From NCBI RefSeq assembly GCF_032062105.1, contig NW_026921197.1:1-64000 (forward strand): a stretch of DNA of 64,000 nt, given 5' to 3'. This DNA comes from Saccostrea cucullata. Taxonomy: Eukaryota. A model generated the notes under the pieces. The model did not search any database and was not told the DNA's origin. It saw nothing but the letters and a program-made list of their open reading frames with translations. This document shows, piece by piece, positions 13,633 through 26,327 of the stretch. How positions within the stretch are numbered: the first letter of the stretch is position 1; the number at the start of each line of letters is the position of its first letter. A program made the position numbers and the translations under genes.

Positions 13633-16600
13633 GGTAAAGATCCATACTACGTAAAATAACGTTATGTGACGTTATTCTCGTTTGTGACGTTATTACGTCA
13701 AACGCGCCCGACGCTTATTCTATCAAAAATGCCTGACGTCGATTTCACTTACCGTGAAAAAAAGGTACATTAATTTCCAAATAAAAGGCATAAATATACG
13801 ATGTTCAGTTATTTTCCGGGATGCATGATCGAAGGAGAGTTTAAATTTAGATGATTCGTCAAACCGAAAGTACAACAAAGATGGCATGGAAGATTCATTG
13901 TCTCGAGTACAAGATAACTAAAAGACTTCGACAATCGGGTCGTTTTTTGTCTCTGTAAGTTGAAGAAATACAGAGTAACAAATAAATGGTTCTCTTGTCG
14001 AAAGTCTATATCGTTTGCTTACATGTTTGTACATAGGCTTAGTACATAACCATTTTCGAACCACGTACGGCTCTGAAAGTATTCAGGTACCTAACTACTT
14101 TGCTTCAATATTCCGATTTTTATATGTCGTTTTTCTCTTCTCGATTGTTTGAATTAAAATATCGTCCCCTGGGGATTCACTCAGGATTTTGAAAAAAAAT
14201 TATGGAAAACTTTTTTTTACAATGTATATATCATACATAAAACAGTTACTGGACAAATATTAATGCTCTGTTATTTGGTATATCCAGTAATCCTTGCACT
14301 GAAACATAAAATAATTATTCAATATTGATAAAAAAAAAAAAAAAACCCAGAATATTTCATTTAAGTAGGAAAGGACATTGATACATTGACAAAAAAATTC
14401 CTTAATACACATAATATGTGACATATATGCTGAAAATTTGGAAAAATTTGTTTTAAAGCTAGTGCACAATAATCTTTAGCTTTCATTTGTAGTGCTTTGG
14501 GTATACAATGTAGTGTATTGCTGCACATGTCATTAGACTGACAGGTGTCCTGGGTTCGATTCTCTGGAAGTTGAAAAAATACAGAGTAACAAATAAATGG
14601 TTCTCTTTTGTCGAAAGTCATTATCGTTTGCTTATATACTTGTACATAGTACATAACCATTTTCGAACCTTTTGGGCCTCTTGTTATATGTTTGCTAGAG
14701 CCAATTTCCAAATTGATGATAAAATTACATATTTCTCATCTACGGTATATGCAATATGTATAATAAATGAGAAAAACATACGTCGAACAGACCAAGGGGT
14801 CTATATCAGATGGGGAAAGGGGATATTTCTGTCTTCAAGCACCCATGAATAGTATAGCAATAGATATCAGTCGCTAATAAGATAATGTGCAATTTTATGC
14901 ATTACCATGATTACTGTAATGATAGTTAGACTTCAACCCACAAATAACAATATGACAGTAACAAAGAAGGGAATACATGTATAAGATGATAAATAGGAAT
15001 GCCTATGAGATCATAGAGGGTGATATACAAAGGAATAAGGAAAAGGATAAAATTTCAATCCAGCATTTCACAAAATCAACTCTGTTAGTTAAGCCGAGTG
15101 CTTACAATGTTATAATTATACAATTAGGTTGTTCGTGCGTGGTTTAATCATGCATTAATCATTAAAAACAAAGATAACCAGTTTCAGTTTAGATTTTGTG
15201 GATTTATGTCAAGATTGTAGCTTTTTATTTGAATGAAAAATTATTAATACTGTCTCATAAAAGTTATGACAATGTTTTTTTTCAAAAACAAATCAATTTT
15301 CCAACATACAGAATTTATTGCATAATTACCTTGACCCTTTGATCACAAAATCATTAAGGGTCTCCCTCGAGCCACAGAGAGTTGCTGTGTAAAATTTCAA
15401 TGCAAAGGCTTCTTGAAAGTGTTACAGACAGACAGAAAGACACACGGACAGATGCACAGACCTAAATTTAGTATCCCCACTTTCAGTGAAAGGGGAGACA
15501 ATTATATAAGTTTTTTTTTGTTGTTGATTTTAAACTTGGTTTATCAAGATACTTCTTTAAAAAAAATAGCATAACTTTCCCAGTGATTATTCAGTTCTTT
15601 CTTTTCCTACGTAAATAGTTTTTGATATCATATTGAGCTTAATAATATTATACACCTACACATTTATCTATTTTAACATCAATATGCACTAAGCAACACA
15701 GTTCCAAAAACCCAGATAATGTATTGGACCAGCATGCAAAACTTGTATCAAACCATTTTCCCCCAAATGAATGAAGAGTCCTTCCCAAACTTATGAGTTA
15801 GGACTTTGTGCTGTGTCATGTAGCATGATAAAAAGCTGGAGAAGAAAAAAAATATTTTTTTTTAATTTCATTATTAGAATACAATTTTAAAGAAGTATAA
15901 TTGAACTGCCTAAACTCCAATACAAGTCAAATTGAACCATCTTGGATGTCTTGATTAAATGTTTTTATTTTAGGCACAGAGCAACAGAAAAGAGTTTTTT
16001 TTAAACTAGACCAAGTTCATTATGCATGTATTATTACTCAGGTACTTTTAATATGCAAGTATACATACAAATCAAATATTCAGTACCTATAATGATGTTC
16101 ATCAGCTCAGACAATTTCAGGTTCGAGAATCTGTGTCAAAACTCATGGAACAAATGCTCACTGGATCCATATCAAAATATCACTTTAACATAGAACATTC
16201 TATTTACTCAGGGAGTTGTTGACTTTTAAAGCATCATTCCAATGACTTTTCATACCAATTTTGCATAGATCAGTTTTTCCAAGGAGGGGTCCTGCCATCC
16301 AAGGTCACTTTTAGTAAATTCACTGTTATCTTAGGACTTTCAGTCAGGCGGGATATTCTTGATGTTATGTATTATTTTAGCCTCTAAAATTTACACAGCT
16401 TTCATTCATCGTTGAAATATATGTGGCCGGGATAGAAATTCAGGACATATAAGAAAATAAGATTATCAGTAAGTTGTCTAATGATTGTCAACAATGATTA
16501 AAAGTACCTGATGTTATTAATTTTTTAACCAATGAAAATTTATTTGCCATTTGAAAGACACTAGTACCGAGAATACTACGTCTTACTAAAAGTCCAAGGA

Positions 16601-18199
16601 TGGCAGAGAATAATTGTACTGCTAGGTTAAGTATGTACATTTAATAATTCTGCAATGTCCATGGGAACAAACACACTCACCACTAGATCCGCCATGAAAA
16701 TTTCAATCAAAAAGCATCCTATAGAAATTATACTATGGAAATGAGAAAAAAAATATAAGTGCTGACAAAAATTATTGTGTAAGGGTGATTTTGACAGCTC
16801 GGTCAGAGTACATAAAACAACTATTTTTTTTATTGTTTGACTTACTTAACCCTTTTAATTATGAACTCTTTCATATATTTATAAAACCTTATTGATTTTA
16901 AAAATACAGAAATTACTTCACATTTTACCAATTAAATGACATAGCTTTAGTAATGATGCTCTCATTGCAATTCTAGTCACCAACTATGGAGCTTGAATTT
17001 ATTAAACGAATTTGAGTTATGTACGGAAAACCTCGATCATTCAGTGCTAGAGTGTCTCTAGCTTAAGAAGGGGATCGCTGCCTTCCAAGGATATGATCGC
17101 CTGTAAGCACGGTGTTTTAAACAAACAAACATTACAAAGTGGAAACACTGAACATATTCATCTCCGCGTACATTAATTTGATCTATTTTATATGGTATAT
17201 GAATAAAAACATGATAAACAACGTTGAACCTTACTTGGACAGGTCCGAGCATTTCCTGAGATCAGAAACCAGACGTTAAAAAGATGTGGCAAACAAACCA
17301 CTTATTTGTATCTATGAATAGCGAGAAATGTATTACATAGACACAAAAAGTAGTAAAACGTGCCAATTTTTAATCAACTAAATCGCATCCAAACTACCCA
17401 TGTTGAAACTGAAAGTATTTTCTTCTTTCACTTCCGTCACAACGTCACACATGCGCATTAACGGTTTATAGAATATTCCGAAGATTGAACCCGATTACTA
17501 TTAGGCTTGTGAATCGTGAAAACGAATTTTTGGCCGTCTATGCATTAAATATTCAACTTATGATTTAAACCATACTTATTGTTGTTCTATTATCGATAGT
17601 TTCAAATATTTAAAGCGATTTTTACACCCAAATCCTAAAAGTATAGATGTTAAAAAGATTTTTTCAAATTATCATTTTTTCAGCAAATTTGGTTTAAAAT
17701 TGTGAAATTTTCTTGTTTGATGCCCGCTGCCCCACTTAATTTTTATGCCATATAAGGGAGAGAACATTGGAAAATAACGTGTTAATTTTAAAAAGAAATC
17801 TGTAGTCAGAATATCAAGCAGCAATTTATTTTTACTAGTAATGAACTTTTTAATTTTGAGCTAAATATGTTTAATTCGCCCTAGAAAGTAATATTAGGTG
17901 GATCAGCAGATTAAAAAAATAATTAAACATTTAAACAAGCATATTTTCTCTATGATTCATATGTTAAAAAAAATCTTTTGCTTTTAATTTTAGAAAGCTA
18001 GAATAAATATCTTAATTTCCGCACTTCCGTCATTTCACGAGACAATGTCTATTTTTAGTAACAATCCTTTCAAAAGGAGGCCCGGTTGACCCCAAAATTT
18101 ACACTGATCTGGAAAGGACAAATACTCAGTTAAGATTCTGAAAAGTTTCAACAAAATCTGTAGTTCCGTTATTTCTATAGGATGGTATGGATCTTTACC
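13633..18199. mobile_element. Kolobok-type DNA transposon, non-autonomous/decayed (4.57 kb)
   Basis: Perfect 15-bp TIR GGTAAAGATCCATAC / GTATGGATCTTTACC; TTAA TSD (13629-13632, 18200-18203); purine-purine termini with TTAA fit Kolobok rather than piggyBac; no transposase ORF seen. Confidence 0.8.
15328..15502 (+). mobile_element. HINE 3' fragment nested in the Kolobok-type element
   Basis: ccttgacc motif, GACA microsatellite, terminal hairpin TCCCC-ACTTTCAGTGAAA-GGGGA. Confidence 0.55.
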
Positions 18200-18610
18200 T
18201 TAAGTTGAATTTAAATTTACAGGTTACTGTGGTGTTAAATAGGGATTTGTTTAATCTATAATACTGATTTTACTGAAATGAAATTAGCTAGAGGGATTTG
18301 CTGCAGAACTACCTACCAGAATTCCAAGACGCGCAAGCGCATTTGAAGTTCTTCGTATCATAACTAGTCAGCCCACGGGCTGACTAAAAAAGCAAGGCGT
18401 AGATCTGAGAATTTTCAAAATTTACAAACCTAAATGTTCTTGCACACCTTGAAAAAAATCATAGCATTATAAACATAACTACAATTATTATTCTAATAAT
18501 TGTTGTTAACATAATTCTTTTAATAGAAATCCTTACACTTTTGTTTAGTACATTCCGCTATCGATCAAAATATTGTCCTATTTACATTGTGCTAACTTTC
18601 CATTAAAATA

Positions 18611-19820
18611 TACTGAAAGGAAAAAGAAACGCATAATAATCTTTAGAATAAAAGTAAAACTTTTATTTCCAATATGTTTTCCAGTATTGTTACCAAACAA
18701 TTTAATCCAACTTTAAACAACAAGTAACCGAAATCTTGTGTGACTTTCACTTATAATTCCTGAGTTATTGAAATTGATATGTCGATACCCCCCCCCCCCC
18801 CCCAAAAAAAAAAAAAAAAAAAAAAAACTTAAAATAAAAATTCTCATCATCTCCCTTGCGCATCGGTAACAGCCTTGATTTTCTTGTGCATTGAGTTCAT
18901 CAGAGCATTTATCTTTCTCATAGAATTATAATTCAAGCCTTCCGACGATAGACTTAATGGTTGAGAGTAGCTCTGTTATTCCAAAGCCAACAAATCCCCC
19001 CGCCAAATGAATCCCACGAATTTTCGATTAAGGATAGAATTTACAGAATCTAGCTGATTTGGTACTCGTGAATGTTTGTAAAGAAGTCTCGACAAACACT
19101 GGCTACATTTTCGCAGCGTGAACATGCTAAAAACATTACGCATACTGCGCGTACGTGCGCGTTTGAGAGTAATATCGACGTAAAGTTGCCAAGCTTGCGT
19201 ACCAAATTAGAGCAGAGAGTTTCTGTCAGTATTAGTGTGAAAATAGGAGTCTGACTGCCTGCTATAAAAATATCGGTGTCAGTGATAATGACTTGACAAT
19301 AACCGAGGTAGCTTGATGAAAAGCCTTATCTTGATGTGACGTAGTAACGCGCTAACGTTACCGTCATGGTGGGTTGGAAACCTTTTTAGTTACTCTCTGA
19401 CAACCGAAAAAACTGTTTTGGTTGAAAATTTAAAAACAAACTGCAGTGCAACATGTTGTTGCCTTTTTATTCACTTATGAAACTCAATTACTAGACCCTG
19501 TGTAACTTTTGCCAGCCATACCATAATTCCAAGAAATTTAAACTGACTGCAAATATCGGAAAACGATGTCTGTAACTCTGATGCATCGTTTGGCACTACG
19601 AAATGGGATCACAAAAATGTCATCATCAACATGCACGTGTATTTGGCTTTTTATCACTTCCCATAAGTGACGCCATACATTTCATGGTTTAGTAATTTTG
19701 ACCAGCGATTTTAGTGCACAGTAAACAAATTACACATCTGATCAATATTCATAATTTTTGGCCTCATAGTTAAATATTTTTCGCTATAATGCTATTATGC
19801 GTCTCTTTTTCCTTTCAGTA
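18611..19820. mobile_element. MITE family M1 copy 2
   Basis: TIR TACTGAAAGGAAAAAGAAACGCATAATA / TATTATGCGTCTCTTTTTCCTTTCAGTA; TA TSD; collinear similarity to 9643-10659. Confidence 0.85.
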
Positions 19821-21167
19821 TATTTATTATGCCGATTCAGTGATATGCATAGATAAAAATATGTACTTTTTTTTACTTAAACTTGTATTAAACTTCTTTT
19901 TTTTTATTTTTTGCATTTAAGATCTTGAAAAATAAATGCGAGAAGTTGTCTAGAAGTAAACATAGATATTTATTTCAACAAATAGCAAACAATGATGACA
20001 TTCATTTAAGAAAACATATACTTTTACAATATTAATGAATACGGATTCACAAGTAATATATAGGATGCCTTTTAACGAGTGTATCTTCCGATATCAGACA
20101 AGGGGGCTTGTCTCCCGAGTCAGATATCTGAAGATGCACAAATTAAAAGGTACTCTATATTTTTTGTTTCATTGTTCCCAGGAAATAAGTTACCCATGTT
20201 CTGTCAATTTTACGTTAATAGCACCTAGTTTGACTGCACTCTCACGTACCGAGTTTCCCATGATCTATCAAAATTTCATCAGACAATAGTTTTCTGACCG
20301 ATGAAAAGGGAGTGCGTAATTCGGAAAGTATATAGCGGGCTGCATTTCTTTGGATTTGGATTACCTCGCCATTCAAGTCTGAACGCCATGAATGACGGTT
20401 GTCGGTTGTGATTTTATGCTTTTTCAATTCTTGATGGAATTATAAAGTAATATTCTTTGTGTCACTGTAAAATCTTTAAACTCTTAAGAATACTAACTGG
20501 GCAATAGTTACGTTCAAGGAATACCGCACGGGAAAATGGACACTTTTGACCGAGATGTACGGCATCTTCAAATAATTGGATGCGTCGATTTGTTTTGGAA
20601 TTAATAAAACAAGACGGCGACGGAATATAGAATTATTTCCTGGTGTATATAGTTCATTATGTGTGTTTTGTTGTTATTCAAGATTATAAAATGAGAGTCA
20701 AAAACATTAATTTTTAAACCCGCTGTCTGAATCTCATTTGGGATTTAAAAATCGACGTGCAAACATTTTTTTATTATTATTTTAAGGAAGATAATTACTG
20801 CACTATGTTTACATGACTTTGTATTTAATTCGGTGTAAGGTCACGGGTCATTTATTAGAACTGTTTCATCATCACCCTGAGTGTTATATCTTGATGGATC
20901 ACGGTAGTTAGATCACAGTTAGACATGATATATCAGAAATAAAAAAAAACACAGCGATCTTCAAAAGAAAAACACCTCAACAATTATGATATGATTGCAG
21001 TACCGAAATATGCAACAAGGGTCAAGGTTACATGTTTTTAACCCGTAATAATTGATTATCGTTCTGAGCTTCTGTTTTTACTTTCGCTTTGTAAGAGAAA
21101 TAATACTCTAATGAAAATAAAAAAAAAAACTCATGAATGTTTTTTTTCGAATTGTAATTGTTTTAGG

Positions 21168-21353
21168 TGGTCGTTGAGTCTGAAAAGTGTTTTCCATAGA
21201 GATACATGTAAGAAAATTAGGTATACTCGCTTCACAGCCTTGACGTCAAAATCCATTTTGTCTTCGTTACAAGATTTCTCTTCATCAAGTATAAAAAATA
21301 CGCAGATACATATTTCTGATCATAATGTACACGAACAAAGTTGTACAAAATGA
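21168..21353 (+). pseudogene. Possible small 3' exons of a decayed membrane protein gene
   Basis: ttttag|GTGG...ACAT|gtaaga mini-exon, then ttcacag|CCTTG...TGA; an upstream TM-like stretch with a stop (RIISWCI*FIMCVLLLFKII) near 20630-20690. Weak. Confidence 0.2.
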
Positions 21354-22067
21354 AGTGAAAATGTGAGTGAAAAATTGTATAGTACTAAAACTGAATTATT
21401 TTCACTCTTGCTATGGGTATACAGTGAGGTTGAACTTCACAGTTACATATTTTCAATATATGATTTCGTGACTGCACCTTGTACCTACCTTTGACACATT
21501 AATATACCATTGGAAAGAAGCTTTCAATAATTGTTAGTAGTTGTCAAACGAAAGACGTTCATTAAAAAATATACATACTGAAAGAAAGAAAGAATACATA
21601 CTATCTCAATAATTTCTGATCGGCCCTTGCACAGATACAAAATTATACACGCTTCCAAGCAACATGAATACAATTCATAATTTAATAAATTAATGAATAT
21701 GAAAATATGTTTTTCAATTTCTTATTACCTGCAGTACTACATACCGATATACATTATATGTTAAATAAATCACCATTAAAAATCTCTATTCTGATCAAAA
21801 TACTTTTCTTTCAAATCTCAAAACTTTTACGTCTGTAAGATTTTTCCCCCTGTAATATAATTATCATGTGCATTTAAAAAATAAAGTTTTCTCATATAAG
21901 TTTTTTGCCCCGATCCATATCAATGATAAGAGATTGCTCAATTAAAAATAAAAGGATCTCTTCAAAATATGTTGAATAAAATTAAATAAAACATAAAAAA
22001 AAATGGGCCCCTGGCCTTGGTTCAATGAAGCGGTTCCAAATCGTTCATCCAAGTGACTATTTACATT

Positions 22068-22150
22068 TTATTTATTCTCTTTGTCATAGAGAACATTTGT
22101 TGTTGAAATTTGGACAGGTTCGTCGTTTCTTGCTTGTTTGTAACAAATAT
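22068..22150 (-). CDS. Candidate alternative terminal exon of the family X gene (DICYKQARNDEPVQISTTNVLYDKENK*)
   Basis: tttatttacag acceptor; phase 1 matches the donor at 28848; open to TAA at 22068-22070. Confidence 0.35.
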
Positions 22151-22266
22151 CTGTAAATAAACGACTTCATCAGTTAAAGGTAGTAACAAACTATATGAAA
22201 TATTTGAAAGAAAATCGAAAGAATATAACTTGAATATCACAACATGTACATAATATCATCTGTTAT

Positions 22267-24623
22267 TGTAACGGTGGATTTTGCGCATATTAAAAGAACG
22301 CGAAACGCGCACCATACTTTATATACCGACAGTCTATTTATAGAGTTTATATTATTAAAAACTTTGTAAAAATTCTATTTCAATATCAAATTAGTTGTAT
22401 TCTATTTTTATTAATTTTCAGTGCAGTGATTTGAATTTATAAAATGATTATTTATGTCTCTCACTATTTCCTAGATACAAACAGCTAATCGCAGCTTTTT
22501 TTGCTCAGAATTCTATATCAAATACGACAGGACAAATATCCGTGAGAATGAAAATGTCAATTCTTCAATAGTAAATGACGAAAAATTAAGTTTTACAATC
22601 AAGGGGGGAAATCAGCAAAAAACAAAAACATTTTGCACGCACATATAAATATATACATTTTACAAGATATGAACATATACGTTCTGATTTTCCCCATAGA
22701 AAATGGGTCACAAAGAAAACTTTAGTTCTGACTAGATACAACATAAACTTTATAAAAAAAAATTACATATGGCTTATAAAAAGCAAAAGATGATTTTATA
22801 GACTGGCTTGCCTGTCTGATATTCGATATACAGACAGGTGACCAGTAGTGTAAAGATCCTTCTACCTTCTTCGCTCATTGGTTGATAAAAAATCACGCTG
22901 ACGTAGAAATTTAATGTGTCGGGGAAACCAAAACAGATCACTGAGTTCAGAGACACTGGCCGCTATCATGGTTATATCGTTACCTTTAACAATTATATTT
23001 TTGGAAAATTTCTGGGCCTACATGGACATATATTCGGTTTTTAATATGCTTAATACTTTTTAAAAGTTCTCTACATTTGTTTTTTATGCAATCAATATTT
23101 ATTAACATTTCAACAGGGTCTTATATATCATATATTTTATGTTCTAATTCGTTTCCACTTAAACGAACATATTCATAAAAAATGAATAACAACGCGTATG
23201 TGATAGATACTGATGCGCTCTCGTAAGTGCAGTTTAATATTATATACAAGATGTACACAATCTAATTAAAATCAGACTTCTTAGATCCACAGAGATTACA
23301 ATGAAGCACATTGAAGTGGTAAAATTTTCCGTTTGGATTGAACATTTTGAGCTATCTTTAGACAAGCCAATTTCTTTAGAAGAGAAAAAATCGGTCAAAT
23401 GATTCAATCGAATACCTGTAGAACAGGTATTCCATAAATATTTCAGCCAATGAAATTGGCGGCCTACATAAACACTGTTCGACTGATACATATGCTATGC
23501 TACCTCCAATAACCATGATAAAATAATAATTATGTAAAATTTGTTGCAATGGCTGTTTTACATAAGCGGGGAATTTATATATAGTTATAGCTCTTTCTTA
23601 TTTAAAAAGTTTCATTTCAGTGTAACTCATGTTGCTTGTTGGGAAAAATAGGGTGTCCTAAAACATTACGACGAACACTTCTTTCTCGTTTCTAAAGAAA
23701 AATGAGCGTGTCGTTGTTCAAAACATGACTCAGAAGGTTTCATCAAAATAGAGAATTTTACCACTCCAATGCGCTTCATTGTATATTTAAATTAGATTAA
23801 AAAATTTACATTTCCAACTTTCCTTCTTGCGAACTCAATCAAAAACATATAAATAATAAAAACAAAGATGATACTTGTAGGGGTGGGCGGGTTTGGACTG
23901 CGTGAAAGAGCCTTTGAATGGCATTTAACTTTTAAATACGCTAAAGCGTGCTTGCTTTAACAGAATACCCGTAGAACAGGTATTCCATAAATGCATCCAG
24001 TCAGACCGACACTCTTCATACACACTACATAAACACGTGTTCAGTTGGCGGAGTCAGCCGAGGATTGCCGATTGGATCAAGCCAGAAATTCCTGGCTTAA
24101 GATGGTGGTAGTCACCTGTCGTTTCATACGAATAAGACAGGTACTGCCAGTCAAATTATTTTGTTGAGTAAATCTCTGAGACTTAGACTGGTTTGTCAAG
24201 TAATTTATTTATACTCACTGTGCTGACGCCCTTGTGTTGAATGGAACGTGTTCGAGTTTGAAAGTGATGCGTGTTAAGGTAAGAATGTTGTACATTTTGT
24301 GTTTTATTAAACTTGAGTTGTATTAAATATTATATCTTTTTATCGTTTATATAATATATACCAGTTTATTGTTTATTTCAGTGTAGAAACCACGCACGCA
24401 GTGTATAAATTTTTATGTATGAGTGACCGGGTGTGGCATCGCCAAATTTTGTAGGTACGTGTTCAGTTGAATTTAATTTCATATACTGATTCATTCCTTT
24501 ATTTGTGTTTGTGTGCTCTATTGGTAATGTGTGCATATTTTTTGTTTGTTTGTAGCTCATTGCCAATTTGATAATTTAATTTAAAATAAGGAACATATAA
24601 AGAACTTGTATTGAGTCGTTACA
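22267..24623 (+). repeat. 5' LTR (2357 bp)
   Basis: Starts TGTAACGG, ends GAGTCGTTACA; the first about 175 bp and last about 470 bp align with the 3' LTR. Confidence 0.9.
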
Positions 24624-24625
24624 AA

Positions 24626-24640
24626 TGGCGTCGTGGACAT
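24626..24640 (+). promoter_or_regulatory. Primer binding site (TGGCGTCGTGG..., possibly tRNA-Ser type)
   Basis: TGG 2 nt after the LTR end; tRNA identity is tentative. Confidence 0.65.
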
Positions 24641-24897
24641 ACAATTAGAATGAAAATCTGTTGGCGATGAATTACTTCTAGGCCCACTCGATGAATTCCT
24701 GATGTCACGAGTTCAACTACCAATTAACGAGTGCATTCACCAAAGACTTTGAGTTTGGTTTATGATCAACGGCAACGCAACGGATATCTGAGTGTTCCAA
24801 ACAACGCCCATTAAGGTGACAAAAGAACTTCACCTGTTTATAACTGTGCATTTGTCATTATATCTGTGCATTAGTGTATTAATCCTATGTTTCAAAA

Positions 24898-26013
24898 ATG
24901 TCTACTAAAAGGGAAATCACAGAACTTCTTGAACATGAAAAAGAAAAAAATGAGAACAGTTAGAGAGTGAAATAGCGACACTTCACCACAGGATGAAGAA
25001 AACTGAGAGTGCTATGAGTTTGAAAGATATAGAAATGAAATATAGATTGAACCAAAAAAAATAAAACTGTCTATGTTGCGAGGGAGAAAAGATTGGAAGG
25101 TTGTGTGGTAGACCTGTGAAAGAGTGTGACCGCGATGTAGCAGAATTGTTAGATGATGCTAGGCAACATTTAAAAGTTATTGATGATGAAGATGCAAAGA
25201 TATATTTTTTGAAGGACAATTTAGGTGGTCAGGTAAAAGATGAAATAAGATTAAGACCTAGAATGGAGAGAAATACATCTGACAAAATTCTAGATATCAT
25301 TTATGATGTTTTTGCAAGTACAGAAACTTTGGGCGCGTTGCAACATTAATTCTATCAAAGAGATCAGAAACATAGCGAGTCGTTGCAAAATTACTCTTAG
25401 TATTTATGAAATTACTCGACATGATCGTGGCAAATGATTACAATGCTGTAAGCGATTTCGATGGGATGTTAAAGAGGGGTTTGTTGAAGGCATTCGTGAT
25501 TCATCAAGAGTGATAAGACGTTTTTCGTTCGAACAGAAATCTATGCCTTTTGGTGAATTTAGACAAACAGTGTGACGATGGTCTGAAGATTACAAGAGTG
25601 AAGCACTAGGTAAGTCATGCTCAGTACATGAAACTAGCATTCAAGAGAGTATGAAAACAAAGGTTACAAAATCACATGATGATTGTCAGTTATCAGAAAT
25701 TCTTGATATTCTTAAGTTGCAACAAAAGCAAATAGATGAAAATCAAAAAGAGTTAAAGAAATTATCAGAAGAGGTTATGAGAAAAGTAAATCCACAGTTT
25801 GAAACCAAACCTTTGCAAGGAAGACAATTTCCTAAAGCCAGACAATCCCACTTAACATGTTTCCGTTGTGGCGGAAATGCACACAAAGTACAAGACTGTA
25901 GTACTCAGTTAGAAAACAACAATCCTCCACGTAAAGCTAAGTCACAAGGGTCATCTGTCTCTAATTTTCTTTTAAACGCAAAGCGTGTCCAGCAGACGAA
26001 AGTGAGAGGATAA
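24898..26013 (+). pseudogene. gag: Degenerate gag
   Basis: Fragments in several frames; C-terminal zinc knuckle CFRCGGNAHKVQDC (CX2CX4HX4C). Confidence 0.85.
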
Positions 26014-26192
26014 AAGACTCATTTGATCAGATGATCATAGACAGAGCTATAGGGCAATGTCCTGTCGTAACAATACAAATTGAAGGTAAGCCAATTTCGT
26101 GTCTGATTGACACTGGTTCACAAATATCTACTATCACTGAAACTTACTTTCGAGATCTGTTAAAAGCTGAACAGATCTGGAAAGTCAAATAA
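25971..26192 (+). pseudogene. pol: Aspartic protease fragment in the -1 frame after slippery site TTTAAAC
   Basis: FKRKAC...AIGQCPVVTIQIEGKPISCLIDTGSQISTITETYF; D-T-G catalytic motif; truncated soon after. Confidence 0.85.
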
Positions 26193-26327
26193 AAACGCAG
26201 TTAGTCTTAGCAGAAGGTATTTAGAGAGTAATTATGAGGAAATTTTAGCAGAATTATCACAAAGTATTTCCTTGAGAGAGTTTATTACAAGTGTCAGACA
26301 ATTACAACGGAAAAAGAACTTACTCCT

